64,000 nucleotides of DNA, taken from assembly GCA_965279525.1 (NCBI GenBank), contig CBDIIB010000003.1:352001-416000 (forward strand), written 5' to 3'. Below, piece after piece: positions 58,847 to 64,000 of the stretch (the stretch's first letter is position 1; each line of letters opens with the position of its first letter). The notes beneath the pieces are model-generated. The model was not told the origin of the DNA. It did not search any database and saw nothing but the letters and a program-made list of their open reading frames with translations. The position numbers and the translations under genes are program-made. This DNA is from Tagaea sp. Its GTDB lineage: Bacteria > Pseudomonadota > Alphaproteobacteria > CACIAM-22H2.

Positions 58847-58867
58847 CTTTCATCGAAGAGCCCCGCA

Positions 58868-59641
58868 ATGTATCTCGAACGGTTCAAACTCACCGGCCGC
58901 AATGCCGTCGTCACTGGTGGCGGGCGCGGTATCGGGCTTGCCTGTGCCGACGCACTCGGCGAGGCCGGCGCCTCACTCGTGATTGTCGATCGCGACGCGG
59001 CTGTTGCGGAAGAAGGGGCCGCTTTCCTGCGCGGCAAGGGATACAAGGTCGCGACCCATCTTCTCGACGTGACGGACTCGCGCGGTGTCGACGCGTTTGC
59101 CGACGCGACGGTCGCGCGGCTCGGACATATCGACATCCTGGTGTGCAATGCCGGCATCGCTCGTAGCGGCACGCCGGCCGAGCTGGTGGAGGACGAGCAC
59201 TGGCGCAACGTCATCGACGTGAATCTAAACTCGGTTTTCTGGTGCTGCCGCTCATTCGGCCGACACATGCTCGCCGCCGGGCGCGGTGCCATTGTCAATG
59301 TCGGCTCGATGTCGGGGTTTATCGTCAACAGGCCGCAGCCGCAGAGCTACTACAACGCCTCGAAGGCGGCCGTGCACCACCTGACCAAGTCCCTGGCGGC
59401 GGAGTGGGGTGCGCGCGGCGTGCGCGTCAACGCGGTGGCACCGACCTATATCAACACGCCGCTCAACAAATTCGTCGAGGACGATCCGGAGATGGCGGCG
59501 GCCTGGCTCGGCGGCACGCCGATGGGCCGGATGGGCGAGGTCGAGGAGATTGCTTCGGTCGTGCTGTTCCTCGCGTCCGACGCTGCGAGCCTGATGACCG
59601 GCAGCATCGTCGTGGTCGATGGCGGCTACACCAGCTGGTAG
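58868..59641 (+). CDS. SDR polyol dehydrogenase (galactitol/xylitol-type)
   Basis: TGGGRGIG, GSMSGFIVNRPQPQSYYNASKAAVH, VAPTYI, TPMGRMG. Confidence 0.85.
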   Translation: MYLERFKLTGRNAVVTGGGRGIGLACADALGEAGASLVIVDRDAAVAEEGAAFLRGKGYKVATHLLDVTDSRGVDAFADATVARLGHIDILVCNAGIARSGTPAELVEDEHWRNVIDVNLNSVFWCCRSFGRHMLAAGRGAIVNVGSMSGFIVNRPQPQSYYNASKAAVHHLTKSLAAEWGARGVRVNAVAPTYINTPLNKFVEDDPEMAAAWLGGTPMGRMGEVEEIASVVLFLASDAASLMTGSIVVVDGGYTSW

Positions 59642-59647
59642 GCCGGA

Positions 59648-60421
59648 TCAGGCAAGCAACTTGATCAGCCTTTCGACCAGCGCCGGCGGACCGACGATCA
59701 ATGGCTGGCGCACCGGAAACCCGTAGTCCGGTTTCAGCAGTGGCGCGATATCGAACGGCGAGCCGTCGAGATAGCGCTCGATGTGCCCAAGTGCCCGGGT
59801 GAAGGGCAGGGCCGGGGCCATGTCCCACAGATAGCAGGGGCCCGTGATGATCGCTTCGCACCGCCCGGTCGCAAGCGTCATCAGGTGATAGAGGTTGGAG
59901 CCGAGATTGTGAAGTCGGTGGTCGCGCACCCGTCTCACATCGACGTAGTCGTGTATTGCTGTGATCATGATGTTGCGCGTGTCGTCGGCGATGCGCTGTG
60001 TCGGCTGGCGTAGCGGCTTGCCATTGCGCGTGGAAACGCCGCCCTCGCAGACATAGGTCTCGCCGACCACGGGGAAATGCAGGTAGCCGGCAACCGGATC
60101 TGCCCCACGCAGCAGACCCATTCCGACACCCCACACCGGCAGTCCGCGTGCGAAGGACGCAGTGCCATCGAGCGGATCGATCGCCCACTGCCATTCGGCG
60201 TCGGGCAGGTGAGATGCCTTCTCCTCCTCGGAGATGACGCCGTAGCCCGGCGTGAGGCGCTTGAGCGTGGCGAGCGCATGCGCCGACGCGCGCTGGTCGG
60301 CCAGCGTCACCGACGACCCGTCGAGCTTGTCCTGTGCCTCGATGGCGCCATGCAGCGGAAGCGTGATCGCTTCGTAGTCTTGGAAAAACTCGGCCGCAAA
60401 CCCGGCGTAGTAATCCGCCAT
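59648..60421 (-). CDS. IMPase family phosphatase (#4), divergent
   Basis: VTLAD, SEEE, WAIDPLDGTASF, LWDMA. Confidence 0.85.
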   Translation of the reverse strand: MADYYAGFAAEFFQDYEAITLPLHGAIEAQDKLDGSSVTLADQRASAHALATLKRLTPGYGVISEEEKASHLPDAEWQWAIDPLDGTASFARGLPVWGVGMGLLRGADPVAGYLHFPVVGETYVCEGGVSTRNGKPLRQPTQRIADDTRNIMITAIHDYVDVRRVRDHRLHNLGSNLYHLMTLATGRCEAIITGPCYLWDMAPALPFTRALGHIERYLDGSPFDIAPLLKPDYGFPVRQPLIVGPPALVERLIKLLA

Positions 60422-60422
60422 G

Positions 60423-61220
60423 TCAGGACATTCCCTTTACGAGAAACTTCTGCGTGGCGAAGCAGAGGATAACGACAGGCAGGATCGCCACGACGCCCAG
60501 TGCCGACACCTCGCCCCACAGGATGCCGCGCTCTGTCTTGAAGAACACGACTGCGGTCGAGATCATGTTGACGTTGGAGGCGCTCAGGAACAGCGCATAG
60601 GTGAATTCGTTCCATGCTGCCAGGAAACACATCGTGCCGGTCGCGAAAATCCCGGTCCGCACCTGCGGCAGCACGACACGCCAGAGCGCGCCGAAGCGGC
60701 TGCAGCCGTCGAGCATCGCCGCTTCCTCGAATTCCGGTCCGATGGCCGCAAAGTAGCTGCGCATCATGATCACGACGAAGGGGAGGTTGAACACCATGAA
60801 CGCGAGCACAAGGATCGTGTAGGTGTCGAGCAGATGGAACGTGATGCCGATGATGTAGAACGGGATGACGAGTGCGATCGACGGGAAGATGCGCGACGAC
60901 AGGATCGTAAAGACAACGAACTCTTTGCGCCGGAAGGAGAACTTGTGGAGCGCGTAGGCCGCGACCGTGCCGAGCACGAGGCACACCGCAACATTGGTGA
61001 TCGACACGATCAGGCTGTCGACGACGAACTTGTGCAGCCCGTACTGGACAATGGCGGCTCGATAATTGTCGAAGGTCGGTTCGAACAGGATGCGGGCAGG
61101 CTCATAGAGCATGGCGCGCGTCTTGAGGGACGTCAGAAGCATGAAAACGATCGGAAAGACCGAAAACATGCAGGCCAGGGAAAGCCAGAAATAGTCCCGG
61201 GTACGGTGATCGCGGATCAT
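60423..61220 (-). CDS. Carbohydrate ABC permease (CUT1)
   Basis: FEEAAMLDGC, AWNEF. Confidence 0.92.
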   Translation of the reverse strand: MIRDHRTRDYFWLSLACMFSVFPIVFMLLTSLKTRAMLYEPARILFEPTFDNYRAAIVQYGLHKFVVDSLIVSITNVAVCLVLGTVAAYALHKFSFRRKEFVVFTILSSRIFPSIALVIPFYIIGITFHLLDTYTILVLAFMVFNLPFVVIMMRSYFAAIGPEFEEAAMLDGCSRFGALWRVVLPQVRTGIFATGTMCFLAAWNEFTYALFLSASNVNMISTAVVFFKTERGILWGEVSALGVVAILPVVILCFATQKFLVKGMS

Positions 61221-62089
61221 CCTTGGTGCCCCCGGCGGCCGATTGCCATCATCGCGACAGACAGAACCGTCGTGATGACGACGAGAATGATCGCGGCCGC
61301 CCCGGCGAGGCCGACCGAGCCGATCGTGAAGGCAGTCTTGTAGACGTAGAGCGGAAGGATCGTCGTGGCATTGCCCGGTCCGCCGTCAGTCAACGCGTAG
61401 ATTGGCCCGAATGCCTGGAAAGCAAGGATCGCTTGAAAGAGGCTGCTGCCGATCAGCACCGGCCAGAGTTGCGGCATGACGATGCGCCAGAAGACCTGGC
61501 GGTCCGTGCAGCCGTCGAGCCGGGCGGCTTCGAGAGGCTCCGGCGCGATGTTGCGCAGGCCGGCCAAAAGCATCAGTGCGGAGAGCGGGAAGTGCATCCA
61601 CACCAAGACGACGATGACGGAGGTCAGCGCCCAAGTCTGACCGAGCCAGACAATCTTGTAACCGAGCAGCGCCTGGGCCGCCGCGTTGACGATGCCAAAG
61701 TCGTAGCTGAGCATCAGTTTCCACATCAGGCCGGCGATCGCAGGATTGACGGCCATGGGCATGATGATCAGCGTCGTGGCGATGTATTCGAAGCGCAGCT
61801 TCTTGTTCAGCAGCACGGCCACGCCGAGGCCGAGTGCCGTCTTCAGCACGACACTGACCGCTGCGACGATCAGGCTGAGGCGGATCGACGGCCAAAACTC
61901 GACCTCGCGGCCCGAGAACAGGCGCCGGTAGTTCGCGAGGCCGACGAACTCATGGTCGGCCCAGTCGTAGCCGATCTCGAAGGACGTGAGACTGATATAG
62001 CCGAGCAGCGCCACCGGCACGCTGCTCAGAAGTACAAGCGGCAGGGCGGTTGGCGTGATCCAGAGCCAGATGTTCGAGAGCCTGTTCAT
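61217..62089 (-). CDS. Carbohydrate ABC permease (CUT1)
   Basis: FVGLANY, EAARLDGC, TDGGPGNAT. Confidence 0.92.
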   Translation of the reverse strand: MNRLSNIWLWITPTALPLVLLSSVPVALLGYISLTSFEIGYDWADHEFVGLANYRRLFSGREVEFWPSIRLSLIVAAVSVVLKTALGLGVAVLLNKKLRFEYIATTLIIMPMAVNPAIAGLMWKLMLSYDFGIVNAAAQALLGYKIVWLGQTWALTSVIVVLVWMHFPLSALMLLAGLRNIAPEPLEAARLDGCTDRQVFWRIVMPQLWPVLIGSSLFQAILAFQAFGPIYALTDGGPGNATTILPLYVYKTAFTIGSVGLAGAAAIILVVITTVLSVAMMAIGRRGHQG

Positions 62090-62105
62090 CCCGCCGCAGG
62101 TGCGA

Positions 62106-63458
62106 CTAACTTCCCTTCTTGATGCGCTGCGAGATCTGCTCCAGTTCGGGAACAGCGCCTGCCAGAGCGGCTTCGGGCGTCATCTTCTTGAGCAGTGCCT
62201 GGCCGGCATAGTAACCGGCAACCTGATGGATCTTGGTCGATTCCATCGTCGCGGGTACCCAGTTGCGGCCCGTCGCCAGCAGATTGCCGGCGGCGTCGAG
62301 GCTGTCCTTCAGCGCCTTGGCGAGATCCGGATCGTTTCGGACGAACGTGGCGTCAGTCAGGACGGAGAGGCGCGAAGGCACACCGCCCTTGGCGAGATTC
62401 TCCATCGCTTTCGCTTTCGACGTCATCCACGCGACGAAAGCCCAGCCGGCGTCCTTCTGCCGGCTGTTGCTCGGCAGGCCGAGACTCCATCCGCCGATGG
62501 GGCCGAAACGCCCTTCCGGCCCGCGCGGCGGCGCGACATAACCGATCTTGCCGACGACCTTGGACTTTGTCGCGTCGACAAGCCAAGGCTGCAGGGACGT
62601 TGCATCAAACCACATCGCGGTCTTGCCGGACGCAAAGGCCGAAACGGCGGCATCCCACGTATAGGTCTCGATATCGGGCGGCGCGTTCGAGAGGAGATCG
62701 AGGAGATACTTGAGCGAGGCCAGCGTCTGAGGCGTATTGATCTTAACGTCCCAAGTCTTCTGGTCGAGGATGGCGCCGCCAAAGGCCGGCGTGAACAGGT
62801 CCCAGCTCAGCGCGAGAGTGCGTCCCGTCTCGGCGCGCATCGAGATGCCGTAAAGGCCCGGTTCCTTGTTCTGGAAGAACCGAGCCGTCTCGAGCAGGTC
62901 CTGCATCGTTTCGGGCGGCTTGCGACCGTATTTCTCGAAGAGATCCTTGCGGTAGGAGACGAAGAACGTCTCGCCGGCGATCGGGACGCCGACCGTCAAG
63001 CCGCCGATCGAGCCGAGGCCACTTCGATAGGCGACGTGGATGTCTTCGAAATCGTAATCCGAGGGTGTTGCGTCGGCATTCTTCAAGAACGGGCCTAAGT
63101 CCGTCAACATCCGCTTAGCGCCGTATTCGGCCAGGGCGGTGCCGCGGACCATATAGACGTCGTACGAGGAATCGCGCGCGGTCTGTGCGAGCAGCTGCTT
63201 GGACATGATCTCGCCGCCGCCGACAGTTTCCCATACGACCTTGATGCCGGTCGCCCGTTCGAAATCCGGCGTCATCGCCTTCATCGCGTCGGAGGCAGGA
63301 TGGGAGATTGCGAGCACGCGGATCGATGCGCCGTCATGCTTGCCTTTGATGGCCTTTTGCCAGCCTTCGAAATCAGCAGCTCGGGCACCCGCGGGAAAAG
63401 CTGCACCTGCGGCAACGAGGCCGCCTGCGAGGATGAGGGCGCGTCGGGAAATCGACAT
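62106..63458 (-). CDS. Sugar/polyol ABC substrate-binding protein (CUT1, SmoE-like)
   Basis: Tat signal SRRALIL; YRKDLF, GKTAMWFDAT, GGWSLG. Confidence 0.9.
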   Translation of the reverse strand: MSISRRALILAGGLVAAGAAFPAGARAADFEGWQKAIKGKHDGASIRVLAISHPASDAMKAMTPDFERATGIKVVWETVGGGEIMSKQLLAQTARDSSYDVYMVRGTALAEYGAKRMLTDLGPFLKNADATPSDYDFEDIHVAYRSGLGSIGGLTVGVPIAGETFFVSYRKDLFEKYGRKPPETMQDLLETARFFQNKEPGLYGISMRAETGRTLALSWDLFTPAFGGAILDQKTWDVKINTPQTLASLKYLLDLLSNAPPDIETYTWDAAVSAFASGKTAMWFDATSLQPWLVDATKSKVVGKIGYVAPPRGPEGRFGPIGGWSLGLPSNSRQKDAGWAFVAWMTSKAKAMENLAKGGVPSRLSVLTDATFVRNDPDLAKALKDSLDAAGNLLATGRNWVPATMESTKIHQVAGYYAGQALLKKMTPEAALAGAVPELEQISQRIKKGS

Positions 63459-63479
63459 GTTTCCTCCTTGATTTCTACG

Positions 63480-63520
63480 ATTTGAGCATTTGCCCTATGT
63501 TAGGGCGTATGCTCACAAAT
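63480..63520. promoter_or_regulatory. Candidate SorC-family operator, copy 2
   Basis: ATTTGAGCATTTGCCCTA-TGT-TAGGGCGTATGCTCACAAAT; minus-strand TTGACA at 63537-63532. Confidence 0.65.
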
Positions 63521-63580
63521 CGCTCCGACAATGTCAATGCTCGCGCGGATTCTGTCCCCTGCGGCCCTGGCGCGGCGTGC

Positions 63581-64000
63581 CTATACGTGTTCGCCGCGGA
63601 AGTCGCGGATCACGCGCGTTGCTCCGACTGCCCGCAGCGGGTGGGTATCATCAATTTGCGCGGCGTGCTGGTCTATGCCGACCGTCTCGACGCCTGCCGC
63701 TACGCCCGCGCGCACGCCGGCAGCGGAGTCTTCGTAGACGCGTGCGGCTCCAGCCTCGACACCGAGCTGCGCCAGCGCGGTCAGATAGGGAAGGGGATCG
63801 GGCTTGCCGCGCGCCAGTTCGTCGCCGATCACCAGTGTGCCGAACACCGCCAGCAGCCCGAGCCGGCCGAGGATCAATTCGGCGTTTGCGCGCGGCGCGT
63901 TGGTAACCGCGGCGATGGCAAGGCCAGCCGCTCGGGCGCGGTCGATGAGGTCGCACACGCCTGGCGTGGGCTCGATCGAAGCGAGGAGGCTGCGGAAGAG
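63581..64000 (-). CDS. HAD class IA phosphatase (beta-PGM/CbbY-like); 5' end outside the window
   Basis: Frame open from the window edge (LFRSLLASIEPTPGV..); VTNAPRANA, GKPDPLPYL, YEDSAAGVRAGVAAG. Confidence 0.88.
   Translation of the reverse strand, partial: LFRSLLASIEPTPGVCDLIDRARAAGLAIAAVTNAPRANAELILGRLGLLAVFGTLVIGDELARGKPDPLPYLTALAQLGVEAGAARVYEDSAAGVRAGVAAGVETVGIDQHAAQIDDTHPLRAVGATRVIRDFRGEHV

Overview
High-GC alphaproteobacterial chromosome segment (gene order resembles Rhodospirillales) with three parts. (1) 1-16.5 kb core: soeABC-type sulfite-oxidising molybdoenzyme, DUF2336, alkA, a divergent rhodanese/persulfide-dioxygenase pair, and the conserved murA-DUF2948-hisG-hisD-UPF0262-LMW-PTP-infA-maf-RNase E/G-yacG block ending in tRNA-Phe(GAA). 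(2) 16.5-23.4 kb: a visibly more AT-rich element inserted at tRNA-Phe. It carries a tyrosine integrase whose ORF reads through the tRNA, an excisionase, an XRE regulator, a DUF3223(DCL)+HNH-like protein, a protease-less Lon-type AAA+ ATPase, a MobV/Pre-like relaxase with a non-canonical motif, a nested repeat array and an IS3 remnant. I found no attR copy by eye. (3) 23.4-64 kb: an accessory catabolic region with six ABC importers (Ugp-like, three Afu/Fbp-like, PhnCDEE-like, CUT1), each next to phosphoesterases (4 IMPase-family, 2 HAD, 1 dual-specificity phosphatase, 1 beta-CASP-like MBL), sugar-catabolic enzymes (rhaK/rhaI/rhaD, two SDRs) and four sugar regulators with visible candidate operators. 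The best candidates for undescribed biology are the modular organophosphate import/dephosphorylation region and the DUF3223-HNH + AAA pair. All product calls come from motif recognition by eye, not from database searches.
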